Below, one piece after another: positions 28,957-38,214 of a DNA stretch of 64,000 nucleotides. The notes beneath the pieces were generated by a model. It saw only the letters and a program-made list of their open reading frames with translations, was not told where the DNA came from and made no database searches. Source of the stretch: Candidatus Dojkabacteria bacterium (lineage in GTDB: Bacteria; Patescibacteriota; Dojkabacteria; SC72); NCBI GenBank assembly GCA_035271645.1, contig DATERJ010000008.1, positions 1,051 to 65,050 on the forward strand. Reading direction: 5' to 3'. The translations under genes were made by a program, and so were the position numbers. How positions within the stretch are numbered: the first letter of the stretch is position 1; each line of letters opens with the position of its first letter.

Positions 28957-29508
28957 AACCTCCAATATCTCTTCAAATTTAGTATATCCACTTTCTGTAT
29001 TGAGATGTCCACCATTTTTAATAACATACTGCTTATTTGAAACTCTATCTGCAAATGATTTCTCAACTTCAAATTTAACATATGGATCATTATCAGAATA
29101 GAAGCATATAATATCATCACAGTATTTTTTAACATCTTCTAAATTGTTTATAAACATAGATTCGTTAACTGCATCAAAATCAGAATCTATACCTAAATAA
29201 TTATTAAAACCACATACAAAAACAAGTTTTTTAACTTTTATCTTATTCTTAATTAAATATTTACAAACAAATACAGGAGCAATACTATGAGCGATAATTG
29301 TTGTATTTTCTCCCACCCCCATTTTATTCAACTCCTTCTCCCAATTATCATAGTTTTGATTACCGACTCCAACAGGCATTTGAGGTAATTCAACAATATG
29401 TTTTTTGTTTTCTAACTTTTCTTTAAGCCATGGAAACCAATTACCATCTTTACTACCAAAACTACCATGTAATATTATGTAATTATTCATACCTTTAATT
29501 CTACACAA
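28951..29508 (-). CDS. RBBP9/YdeN-like alpha/beta serine hydrolase
   Basis: About 185 aa, N-terminal ILHGSFGS and nucleophile elbow AHSIA. Matches the small serine hydrolase family PF06821 by pattern. Confidence 0.6.
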   Translation of the reverse strand: MCRIKGMNNYIILHGSFGSKDGNWFPWLKEKLENKKHIVELPQMPVGVGNQNYDNWEKELNKMGVGENTTIIAHSIAPVFVCKYLIKNKIKVKKLVFVCGFNNYLGIDSDFDAVNESMFINNLEDVKKYCDDIICFYSDNDPYVKFEVEKSFADRVSNKQYVIKNGGHLNTESGYTKFEEILEVL

Positions 29509-29551
29509 AAACTTGGTTTCAAGAAAGGTGAGTCAATGATATACTTCAATT

Positions 29552-29935
29552 ATGGATTCAGTAAAAGACATACTATCTCAATTAAAGAAACAAACACCTG
29601 TTAAAAAGAAAAGAGATTCTCAACAAGAACTCTTTGATTTAGATACATTAGAAACTAACCCTAAGAGAATTTTTGGTGAAAAAGGGAAATATATATCTAC
29701 TGAATATCAAAACTATGGTCTTAGATTAGCAGGTAAGTTAGATGATAAAAAAAGGTTAACTATGTATATCAAATGGGCAAAAACAAAACCAAGAGCTATA
29801 CTAGAAACAGCCTTGAGTTTTGTATCTGACTATCCAAATGCAGAGAGTAAATCTAGGCTATTTATGTGGAAAGTAAAACAACTAGAAGATGAAATTAAAT
29901 CGAAAAAAGAACAAAAACGGAAAGATACTAAGTAG
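29552..29935 (+). CDS. Hypothetical Lys-rich protein (127 aa)
   Basis: ORF only. Confidence 0.4.
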   Translation: MDSVKDILSQLKKQTPVKKKRDSQQELFDLDTLETNPKRIFGEKGKYISTEYQNYGLRLAGKLDDKKRLTMYIKWAKTKPRAILETALSFVSDYPNAESKSRLFMWKVKQLEDEIKSKKEQKRKDTK

Positions 29936-30710
29936 AGAGATACAGATGTATTTCTCTAGAGAGTTTCAATACAGAGGGCAAATGGTTGCTTGGATTCTTG
30001 CAGATATTCTTAAGATACTAGGTCTCTGTTTTATCTGGCTAACTTCTGCAAAAGTTAATGGCAATGTTGAGCAGGGTTATGTTGTGACATATTACATTTT
30101 AATTATGCTTGTTAGTAAATTTACTTCAGACTACACGGTAGAGCATGGGGTTAGAAATATATTAGATGGTAGGTTTTCTAACTTCCTTATTAAACCATTC
30201 AATTATCTTCTAGAATATCTAGGTATTAATATTGGAGGTAATGTTTTAAGAGTGATACTTTTCCTTCCTGCATTTCTGTTAGGAATATTGATTGCATGGA
30301 AGAGTAATCTTTGGATTATGGATTTTAATCTTCCTTCTATTCTTCTTGGATTAGTTGCAATTGTTATTGGCTTTTCTATTAGTTTCTTAATGGGGAATAT
30401 CATTGCATTAGCTGCTATTAAGATAAAAGAGATGGATAGTATTAGAATATTTTTTTACAATGTGGCATCACTTCTCTCTGGGGAATTTATACCTCTAGCT
30501 TTCGTTTCAGGTGTAGCAAGAAAAATTTTCATTCTTCTGCCTTTTAGATATACACTATCATTCCCTGTAGAGGTGTTTATTGGTGATATTGAAGTCAAAG
30601 ATATGTTGTTTGGTTTTTTTATAGGGACAACATGGCTCACAGTATTATATTTTTCTTACAAATTAATTTACAAAAAAGCTATTAAGAGATATGAAGCAGA
30701 AGGAATATAG
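29889..30710 (+). CDS. ABC-2 family transporter permease (6 TM), no partner ATPase nearby
   Basis: Polytopic membrane protein of about 270 aa, paired with a paralog immediately downstream. Confidence 0.55.
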   Translation: MKLNRKKNKNGKILSREIQMYFSREFQYRGQMVAWILADILKILGLCFIWLTSAKVNGNVEQGYVVTYYILIMLVSKFTSDYTVEHGVRNILDGRFSNFLIKPFNYLLEYLGINIGGNVLRVILFLPAFLLGILIAWKSNLWIMDFNLPSILLGLVAIVIGFSISFLMGNIIALAAIKIKEMDSIRIFFYNVASLLSGEFIPLAFVSGVARKIFILLPFRYTLSFPVEVFIGDIEVKDMLFGFFIGTTWLTVLYFSYKLIYKKAIKRYEAEGI

Positions 30711-31503
30711 TAGGGGGATAAAGTATTACTGGAATGTATGGAGACATGTTTTTAAGGGTGGTCTTAAACGAAGTTATCTTTATAAAACAGATATATTTGT
30801 AAGAATTCTTAGAACTCTTCTTGTTGTTGGAATACAGATTGGTTTGTTGAATATACTGTTTGGCAAGAGTGAAGTGTATGCTGGGTGGAATAAATCAGAA
30901 ACATATCTAGTTATTGGTATTTGGAATGTTCTTAACTATCTTGGTTGGTCTGTTTTTTCTACGAATCTTTTGTATTTAGAATCTAAGGTTGTCGAGGGGA
31001 AATTTGATTACATTCTTCTTAAACCTCTCTCTTCATCTTGGTATGCTTCATTTTCAGATTTCTTCATTACAAACTTCATTACTGCATTATCAGGAGTTAT
31101 ATTAATTTTGTATTACATAATTGTAGAATGGGGGAATATACAATTGTTGGATGTTCTTGTTGGTATATTGGCAATCTGTGTGGCATTACTTATTTGGTAT
31201 GCTATATATCTTTTCTTTGCTAGCTTTACTATTTCAAATCCAAGGAATGGGATTCTTTCAATAGCTAAGGAACTTCTTGGATTAACTAAGTATCCTATGG
31301 ATGTTTTTGGTAGTTCATTGGGTTTTGTTTTTTATACTGTTATACCAATTGCGTTTCTAACTACTGTTCCTGCCAATATTATTAGAGGAGAGTTTAGTTA
31401 TGGTTTTGTATTGATAGGGTTAGGTATATCAGTACTATTAATAGTTATTGCAAACCTATTTTGGAAGTGGAATGTAAAGAGATATTCTAGTGCGAGTAGT
31501 TAG
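30691..31503 (+). CDS. ABC-2 family transporter permease, paralog of the previous gene
   Basis: Similar length and topology. Overlapping start. Confidence 0.55.
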   Translation: MKQKEYSRGIKYYWNVWRHVFKGGLKRSYLYKTDIFVRILRTLLVVGIQIGLLNILFGKSEVYAGWNKSETYLVIGIWNVLNYLGWSVFSTNLLYLESKVVEGKFDYILLKPLSSSWYASFSDFFITNFITALSGVILILYYIIVEWGNIQLLDVLVGILAICVALLIWYAIYLFFASFTISNPRNGILSIAKELLGLTKYPMDVFGSSLGFVFYTVIPIAFLTTVPANIIRGEFSYGFVLIGLGISVLLIVIANLFWKWNVKRYSSASS

Positions 31504-31718
31504 TTGTCTGTTTCTTCTTCTCCCTTTTTCTCATCCTCTTCTTTATTGTCTTCGGTTGGTTGATATTCTATATCATTCCCTGTTTCTGTTCCTTTACCTT
31601 TTTCTGTTCCTTGACCTCCTTCTACATCTAATCTTTTTGCTATTTCTATCAATTCATCTCTTCTAGGATTCGGATATCTTGAACCTTCTGTGTCAAAACC
31701 CTCTGGTAAACCTTCCAT
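31500..31718 (-). CDS. Small highly acidic protein (72 aa)
   Basis: ORF with a Glu/Asp/Lys-rich low-complexity tail. Uncertain. Confidence 0.3.
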   Translation of the reverse strand: MEGLPEGFDTEGSRYPNPRRDELIEIAKRLDVEGGQGTEKGKGTETGNDIEYQPTEDNKEEDEKKGEEETDN

Positions 31719-31860
31719 AAATGTAAAAGATTAATTTATATGTTTATATTATATCATTAATCTAACACTTTTAGTTCTTAGAACCTCTAGCATATTAAAA
31801 ACCCACGAAAAAACCTTAATAGTCCTTGTTGTAGAAAGTAAAACAGATGAGGTAACCTTC

Positions 31861-32862
31861 TTATTTTTCCAAATGCTCTCTACACACCTTCAAGATTTTC
31901 TCTAGCATCTCATCTAACGAATTAGCTTCCATTCGCACACCAGCAGCATATATATGTCCACCTCCACCTAATTCCTCCGTAATTAGCTTTACATCCTGAT
32001 ATCCTTTTGTACTTCTAAATGAAGCAGTCCATATATTATCAGTATTCATGTCTGGCTTTATGATAAAGCCCCAATGTACACCTTGTATAAATCGAAGATA
32101 CTTATCCTTCAAAAAAATTCGTGCCATGCTTGCTCCTTTATTTAACTCTTCATTGTTTTCTAAATCCTCTCTGCTTATATACATATATGCCATATCTTTC
32201 TCAATTGTTAATGACTCTAAGTATTTAATAACAGCAGTAGTTGCTTCTCTTGGAAATTTGGAGTTTCTGTATGCAAAGTCTTCAAGGTCTATAGCTGTGA
32301 TTTCTTTGGCATCTGCAAATACTCTATGTGTATTTGGTGTGGTGATATCATAGAGAAATCTACCAGTATCAGACACAATTCCATATTGTACTAATTCCGC
32401 CTTATCTTCATCCAGTTTAAATCTTTTCCCATATACATTTCTAAGAAGTTCATGAACCTGTTCTGCTGCGGAACTCATATTGTTGTTTATCAAAACCTCG
32501 CCTTGTACATAGTTAAAAAAAGTATCATGATGATCAATATATATCTTTTGAATGTCATTGGAGATATTGTCTGCATCACTAGCACACAAACTCATATCGC
32601 CTGCATCTGTCACAATGATTAAATTAAAACCAGTCGAATCTAACCTGTCAACAATCTCTACATCTTTCATTCTAGGTAATTTAATTGTAGGGCCTTGTTT
32701 TGCTTGTAGGGCAAACTTCTTCTTTGGATATATCTCCTCTAGACTAATCTTTAGTAGTAATGCACTAGAGAAAGCATCGATATCTGGTCCTCTATGTGTG
32801 AGGATTAAGATGTTTGTTGCTCTTTCTACAAGCTTTTTAAACAACCTTTCTTCTTTTTTCAT
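31861..32862 (-). CDS. nrnA: DHH/DHHA1 phosphoesterase (NrnA-like nanoRNase/pAp phosphatase)
   Basis: DHH motifs (THRGPDIDAF, IVTDAGD, IDHHDT) and a DHHA1 GGGH motif. The ORF extends to 32922, but those first 20 codons are the reverse complement of the 22-bp palindrome, so the start is more likely the ATG at 32862 (MKKEER...). Confidence 0.75.
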   Translation of the reverse strand: MKKEERLFKKLVERATNILILTHRGPDIDAFSSALLLKISLEEIYPKKKFALQAKQGPTIKLPRMKDVEIVDRLDSTGFNLIIVTDAGDMSLCASDADNISNDIQKIYIDHHDTFFNYVQGEVLINNNMSSAAEQVHELLRNVYGKRFKLDEDKAELVQYGIVSDTGRFLYDITTPNTHRVFADAKEITAIDLEDFAYRNSKFPREATTAVIKYLESLTIEKDMAYMYISREDLENNEELNKGASMARIFLKDKYLRFIQGVHWGFIIKPDMNTDNIWTASFRSTKGYQDVKLITEELGGGGHIYAAGVRMEANSLDEMLEKILKVCREHLEK

Positions 32863-32896
32863 ATGTAGATGATAGCAGATAGGGAAGTTCAATAGA

Positions 32897-32918
32897 AGGT
32901 CTGACCTAGGTCTGGCCT
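32897..32918. repeat. 22-bp palindrome copy 1 (aggtctgacctaggtctggcct)
   Basis: Variant of the perfect palindrome AGGTCTGACCTAGGTCAGACCT. Second copy at 33082-33103. Confidence 0.6.
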
Positions 32919-33081
32919 TCATTTACAGCTTTTTAACAAGCCTTAATCTGTACTTTCCACATGCCCTTGTTGAGGTGCACGTTCCTGTATCTGAACCTGT
33001 AGCACGTACATACTACCAAGGCCAAGGGTCAGGAAACCTTGCGTGAAGTGTAAATCCTTGAGATTGAGATTTTCCTAATAG

Positions 33082-33103
33082 AGGTCTGACCTAGGCCAGA
33101 CCT
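33082..33103. repeat. 22-bp palindrome copy 2 (aggtctgacctaggccagacct)
   Basis: Same palindromic motif. Together the two copies flank about 160 bp of GC-richer non-coding sequence. Confidence 0.6.
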
Positions 33104-33173
33104 GTTGTGTCGTTGATATAACCAGATTATGGTAATATAATAGGTATATCTTTCTAAATTAATAAACAGAAAT

Positions 33174-34442
33174 ATGTTAGATATCAAAAGAATTGTAGAA
33201 AACAAAGAGGAAGTTCAAAAAGGTCTTCTCAAAAGAATGAACTCAGAGGATTTTGATCTAGATGAAATAATATCCCTCTACGAGGACAAAAAGAAACTAC
33301 AAACAGAGTTTGACACAAAAAGGGCAGAGCAGAATAGTTTTAATGAAAGGATGGCGAAAGAAGAAAAAGGAAGTGATGCTTTCAAGAATTTAATAAAGGA
33401 GCTAAAAGAGTTGTCAGAGGAGGTAAAAGAAATTGAGGCTAAATTAAGAGAAGCAGATGAGAAGCTAAAATCAGATTTAGAAGTTTTACCAAATATTCCT
33501 GATGAAGATGTTGTGTCTGGTGGGAAGGAGAACAACGAAGTTGTAAAAGAAGTTGGAAGGGAACCAGAATTTTCATTTGCAATTAGAGACCATGTAGAGT
33601 TGGGTGTGGATTTGGGAATCTTTGATTTTGAAACAGCATCAAAAATTTCTGGTAACAACTTTTCAATGTACAGAGGTTTAGGTGCACAGATGGAGTGGGC
33701 ATTAATTAACTATTTCATTTCAACACATTTAGGAAATGGTTATGAAATGATAATCCCACCAAATCTTGTTACAAGAAATTCTGCATATACAGCAGGACAG
33801 CTTCCAAAATTTGAAGAAGATGTATATTGGGTTCAGGATGGACTCTGTCTCATTCCAACTGCAGAGACAGTTCTTACCAATATATATAGAGGAGATATTC
33901 TAAATGAGAGTGATTTACCTAAGAAGTTCTTTGCATATACTCCTTGCTATCGAAGAGAGGCAGGAAGTTACAGAGCTAATGAGAAAGGTTTAATCAGAGT
34001 TCATCAGTTTAACAAGGTTGAGATGTTCCAATATACCTCTGCTGAGAAATCAAAGGAGGGTTTTGAGGAGTTACTAAACAATGCAGAGGAGTTAGTTGCA
34101 GGTTTAGGTTTGCATTACAGAGTTGTGAAGTTAGCGGCAGGTGATTGTTCTGCAGGTATGGCTAGGACATATGATGTTGAGGTGTATATCCCATCTATGG
34201 ACAAATACTATGAAGTTAGTTCCGTTTCTAATGCCAGAGATTATCAGGCAAGGAGAGGGAATATGAGGTACAAGAAAGCAGATGGTAAGGTAGAGTTCTT
34301 GCATACTTTGAACGGTTCTGGTTTAGCAACAAGTAGATTGATGGTTAGTTTAATTGAAACATATCAGAATGAGGATGGAAGCATTACAGTACCAGAAGTA
34401 CTTAGACCTTTTATGGGTGGTGTAGCTAAGATTACAAAGTAA
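33174..34442 (+). CDS. serS: Seryl-tRNA synthetase
   Basis: N-terminal coiled-coil arm plus class II core (TPCYRREAGS, FNKVEMF, GSGLATSR). Confidence 0.9.
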   Translation: MLDIKRIVENKEEVQKGLLKRMNSEDFDLDEIISLYEDKKKLQTEFDTKRAEQNSFNERMAKEEKGSDAFKNLIKELKELSEEVKEIEAKLREADEKLKSDLEVLPNIPDEDVVSGGKENNEVVKEVGREPEFSFAIRDHVELGVDLGIFDFETASKISGNNFSMYRGLGAQMEWALINYFISTHLGNGYEMIIPPNLVTRNSAYTAGQLPKFEEDVYWVQDGLCLIPTAETVLTNIYRGDILNESDLPKKFFAYTPCYRREAGSYRANEKGLIRVHQFNKVEMFQYTSAEKSKEGFEELLNNAEELVAGLGLHYRVVKLAAGDCSAGMARTYDVEVYIPSMDKYYEVSSVSNARDYQARRGNMRYKKADGKVEFLHTLNGSGLATSRLMVSLIETYQNEDGSITVPEVLRPFMGGVAKITK

Positions 34443-34447
34443 GTATT

Positions 34448-35008
34448 ATGAACTTGTTTCTAGGCTTCTTTCCGGATGATGAGAGTAGGAAGAAGATATC
34501 AGATGTTGCAACAAGTGTGAAGGAAGTTTTTGACGGTTTTGATATCAAGGTAAGATGGAGCAATCCTAAGACATATCATATGACCGTTCTCTTTCTAGAT
34601 TCTAAGGTGTCTTTTCCTCAGGTTTTTTTCTACAAACAGAAATTAAAGAAGTTTGCATTTAGGAAATTTAAAGTTAGATTCAATTCTGTAAAATTAGGAA
34701 TTTCTAGGAAGTATAGGGAGCTTTTGTATCTTGATCTTGTAGAAGGTGGTGATGAGATGAGAGAGTTGTACTTGCAACTAAGAGAGATAACTGGGGCAAA
34801 AGAGGATATTAACTTCATTCCTCACATGACTTTAGGGAGAGTGAATAAGGATTTAACAACTCAAGAGTATATGAATATAGTGAAAGACCTTAATGTTGTA
34901 ACAAAGCAATTGAAAGTAAACAAGATAGAGTTTGAGGTTAAGAGTATAGATTTGGTTAAATCAGAAGATGGGCTATATACTGTTGAGGTAAGCATTAGTG
35001 GAGTCTAG
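34448..35008 (+). CDS. thpR: RNA 2',3'-cyclic phosphodiesterase / 2'-5' RNA ligase (2H family, ThpR/LigT)
   Basis: Two H-x-T/S-x motifs (YHMTVLFL and PHMTLGRV) in a protein of about 185 aa. Confidence 0.75.
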   Translation: MNLFLGFFPDDESRKKISDVATSVKEVFDGFDIKVRWSNPKTYHMTVLFLDSKVSFPQVFFYKQKLKKFAFRKFKVRFNSVKLGISRKYRELLYLDLVEGGDEMRELYLQLREITGAKEDINFIPHMTLGRVNKDLTTQEYMNIVKDLNVVTKQLKVNKIEFEVKSIDLVKSEDGLYTVEVSISGV

Positions 35009-35857
35009 GATTGTTTTGAAATCTTTGGCATAGATTACATTTTTGTTTCTCCTAAACCATGTGCGTTGTCTTTTAGCATATTGGTTCGTATGAGTAATGA
35101 TTTCTTCTTTGACTTGATCAAGTGGTTTTTCTTTTTCAAAATATCCATCGAATTCTTGATAGCCGATTGTATCTAGAGCAGGGTATCTATTTAATCCCTT
35201 CTTTCTAATCATTTCATTTTCTTCTATTAACCCATTTTTAATCATTTCCTCTACTCTTAATCGTATATTTTTCTTTACTACTTCTGGGTTTAGATCAAGG
35301 AAGAAGTATATATGATTTAATGAATTCCCTTTGGCAATACTAGGTAGTCCATGTTTAAGTATATGGACTAATCTGCGTGGATTTTGTCTATCACTTTCAT
35401 TAAGTTTTTCTAACTTTTCTTTTCCAATTAATTTTTGTAATTCTTTGATATTTAATGAGTCAAAATCTGTTTCAATATCTTCTTTCTTCTCTTTTAGTTT
35501 GTAATTGTAAACAACAGAGTCTATGTAGAGTCCTGTTCCTCCAACTAATATAGGTACTACATCTTTAGGAAGTTTTTCTAAGAGTGCAAATACATCTTTT
35601 TGATATCGATAGAGATTGTATTTTTCTTTTACTGATACATATGAGTAGAGGTAATGTTTAATTCCATCAATTATGAACACACCATTATCAATTCTATCTG
35701 GGGTAGGCTTTGCTGTGCCAATGGAGATTTCTTTGTATATCTGTCTTGAATCAGCATTAATAATTACACCGTTAATCTTTTTTGCTAACTTAATTGCAAT
35801 GTTAGATTTACCTGATGCGGTAGTTCCAGCAATTACAATGATAGGTCTCTTAGTCAT
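34973..35857 (-). CDS. miaA: tRNA dimethylallyltransferase
   Basis: P-loop IVIAGTTASGKS and MiaA-like length and organisation. Confidence 0.85.
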   Translation of the reverse strand: MTKRPIIVIAGTTASGKSNIAIKLAKKINGVIINADSRQIYKEISIGTAKPTPDRIDNGVFIIDGIKHYLYSYVSVKEKYNLYRYQKDVFALLEKLPKDVVPILVGGTGLYIDSVVYNYKLKEKKEDIETDFDSLNIKELQKLIGKEKLEKLNESDRQNPRRLVHILKHGLPSIAKGNSLNHIYFFLDLNPEVVKKNIRLRVEEMIKNGLIEENEMIRKKGLNRYPALDTIGYQEFDGYFEKEKPLDQVKEEIITHTNQYAKRQRTWFRRNKNVIYAKDFKTILDSTNAYLNSI

Positions 35858-36371
35858 TCTTAAAGATGAGTGATACTAAAAGGTAGTTTATCCAAATAGT
35901 GGCAATGGAAAGAATAGCCGTAGTTAAAACAAAAGTGAAATATATTCCAGAGAGTGAGAGGATGAATGCCATGATAAGGAGGATGATGAAGATGGAGAGT
36001 TGTAATGAATCTTTTAGAACTTCTTTTTTGAGTGTATGTGGCTTCATTACCTTCTGCATCTTTTGTGAAGTGAAGAAACCTAAAATCATTCCTAAGCTAA
36101 TAATCTCAACAACAAGAATGAGAACAGGGGTTAAAAGAAAGATATATCTAATACTTTCATTAAATACAACATTTAAGGTAATGAATGAGAGAACTGTTAA
36201 TACACTTGCAGAGAGTAAGGATAATGATGAAAGTTTAACAAACTCCTTCTTCTTTCCACTTAAGAACCATGTTGTAAAAACAATGAAGAGGAAGACAAAC
36301 AAGAACATTCCTGTTAGAGCTAGCAACTGATAGATACTCCAGTTATTTAATATTGATTTAAATATCTCCAT
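35850..36371 (-). CDS. Hypothetical membrane protein (4-5 TM)
   Basis: Hydrophobic ORF, start overlapping the upstream gene. Confidence 0.45.
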   Translation of the reverse strand: MEIFKSILNNWSIYQLLALTGMFLFVFLFIVFTTWFLSGKKKEFVKLSSLSLLSASVLTVLSFITLNVVFNESIRYIFLLTPVLILVVEIISLGMILGFFTSQKMQKVMKPHTLKKEVLKDSLQLSIFIILLIMAFILSLSGIYFTFVLTTAILSIATIWINYLLVSLIFKND

Positions 36372-36374
36372 ACA

Positions 36375-37619
36375 TTACAAATGTCTAACATTATCTAAAT
36401 ACCATTCTGCTACTAGTAAAGACACTTTTGAAATTGCAATTAGTGCAATCATCTCAATTGCAAGTACTCTCATGAATCCTGTCCCAAGTATGCTGATTGT
36501 TATTAGTATAGCGACAGCACCAATGATAATATATATTTCAGAATCTCTATTACTAACAAGGGCTCTAATCAGAATACTTGTTAATATTGCAGATATTGTC
36601 AGAAGAAACGTATCAACAGGAACTTGAGTTAGTTTTAGGTATGCAAGATATGCAGTCAAAGCGATAATTGTTCCTAATAGTGATTTTATCAAATTCTCTT
36701 TAGTATCATATTTAAATATGAAAAGGAAAAGATAGGCGGCGATTAGTGAAATTGCAAAACCAATAGTTACTTTAATGTAATCAACCTTTACATTCTGTGC
36801 CTCAAGAGAATTTTGAGACTCAAGAGTGTATGTAGCTGGGATATGACCAGAGTTATACAACAATCTAATGACCTTAACGCTCTCTTCGTCATCTGCATTG
36901 ACACCAACGGTAATCGACTCTGGTTTGTTTGAACCTTCCTGAAAGATGGGGACTTGGTATGGTGTTACAAACTCATCTATATCAACACCAATGGTCTCGC
37001 CTTGTTTTGCTTTAAGGAATTCATATAATTTGGCATTTTTGCTTGGTTTCTGTTTGAATATTGCAAAGTATCTGTAACTTCCATCACTTGCTCTTAATTT
37101 CTGTTTTGGGATGTATACTTCTCTGAATGCAGACTGATCCCATTCGGTTGTATCATAGTTCTCTCCCATAATGACCACAAGAGGATTCTCTTCATCATCA
37201 AAATCAACATCAGCTTTTCTTGTAACAATTTTGTAATCAAATCTGTTTGCAATTAGCTGGGCTACGCTTTCTTCATTTTTAGTTGTATTTACCACTATTC
37301 GTAGTTTTGTACTCTCATTATCTCCGCCCTCAACAAAAATGGTGGAGTTTTCTACACCAAATCCTCTTAATCTTCTGTAAAAAACCTCTTTGATTTTTTT
37401 TATCTCTTTTTCATCTTTACTTTCAACCTTTACAAAATATTCCTTAGACCAGTATTGAGAATCTTTTGTATTTAGGTTAAATGTTAACTTCTCTGAGATT
37501 TTTTCTGTTAAAGGAAGAGCTACGAGGGTTGTTGAGATTAGTAGGGCGGTAAGAAGAACGAGAGAAATGTATTGGAAAGTTTTCTTTAAATTGACATTGA
37601 AGTTGAGTTTGATTTTCAT
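36375..37619 (-). CDS. Hypothetical membrane protein: N-terminal TM, extracytoplasmic domain, C-terminal 4-TM bundle
   Basis: Topology inferred from hydrophobic segments. Confidence 0.5.
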   Translation of the reverse strand: MKIKLNFNVNLKKTFQYISLVLLTALLISTTLVALPLTEKISEKLTFNLNTKDSQYWSKEYFVKVESKDEKEIKKIKEVFYRRLRGFGVENSTIFVEGGDNESTKLRIVVNTTKNEESVAQLIANRFDYKIVTRKADVDFDDEENPLVVIMGENYDTTEWDQSAFREVYIPKQKLRASDGSYRYFAIFKQKPSKNAKLYEFLKAKQGETIGVDIDEFVTPYQVPIFQEGSNKPESITVGVNADDEESVKVIRLLYNSGHIPATYTLESQNSLEAQNVKVDYIKVTIGFAISLIAAYLFLFIFKYDTKENLIKSLLGTIIALTAYLAYLKLTQVPVDTFLLTISAILTSILIRALVSNRDSEIYIIIGAVAILITISILGTGFMRVLAIEMIALIAISKVSLLVAEWYLDNVRHL

Positions 37620-37621
37620 AG

Positions 37622-38203
37622 TTATAGTAAATCAGATATCTGTCCAAAGAGTACAATTTTATCGTGTTCTAGTATATTCATCAAGAAAGGTTCTTTTTTC
37701 TTTCTTGCAAAATCAAAATCTTCTTTAGTAATAGCACTAAATCTAATCTCTTTCTCCATGTCTTTCTCGAGAGCTCCCATGGCATTTGTTAAATCTTTGA
37801 TTCTCATAGTACCAATGAAAAGAAAATCTACATCTGTATCATGCTCATATTTCTTTTTAATGAAGCTGTCTGTTAGGACTACGACTTCCACACCCTCTAC
37901 ATTGTTTGCAACTTCTAAAATTTTCTTTCCCTTGATGGACTGTTTGTAGAACATAGCTCTTAGGTCGTAGATAATGGGGCACTCCTTATTAATTCTGTAT
38001 ACAACTCTGTTTCCTTCCTTTCTAGATTTGAGTATCCCAGCTTTCTCTAAGTTCATTAACTCTCTGCGGACTGCATTAATCTCCTCATCAAGAATTCTTA
38101 CAAGTCCTCTAACATGATGGGCAGCGTTTAAATCAGACATATATGTTTCTAGTATGCTGATTCTAACTTTTGAAATAAACAGATGTTTTAACATGCAACC
38201 CAA
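37622..38203 (-). CDS. Winged-HTH transcriptional regulator with a C-terminal domain of unknown function
   Basis: N-terminal wHTH-like region (VRGLVRILDEEINAVRRELMNLEKAGIL). The call is tentative. Confidence 0.45.
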   Translation of the reverse strand: MGCMLKHLFISKVRISILETYMSDLNAAHHVRGLVRILDEEINAVRRELMNLEKAGILKSRKEGNRVVYRINKECPIIYDLRAMFYKQSIKGKKILEVANNVEGVEVVVLTDSFIKKKYEHDTDVDFLFIGTMRIKDLTNAMGALEKDMEKEIRFSAITKEDFDFARKKKEPFLMNILEHDKIVLFGQISDLL

Positions 38204-38214
38204 CCTTTTTAATA

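Noticed and set aside
32923-33173. SRP (4.5S) RNA, 6S RNA or a T-box leader upstream of serS
   Set aside because: No SRP helix-8 motif (GGAA...AGCAGC), no T-box sequence (AATTAGGGTGGTACCGCG-like) and no 6S-type central bubble could be recognised. It is left as an unclassified palindrome-flanked element.
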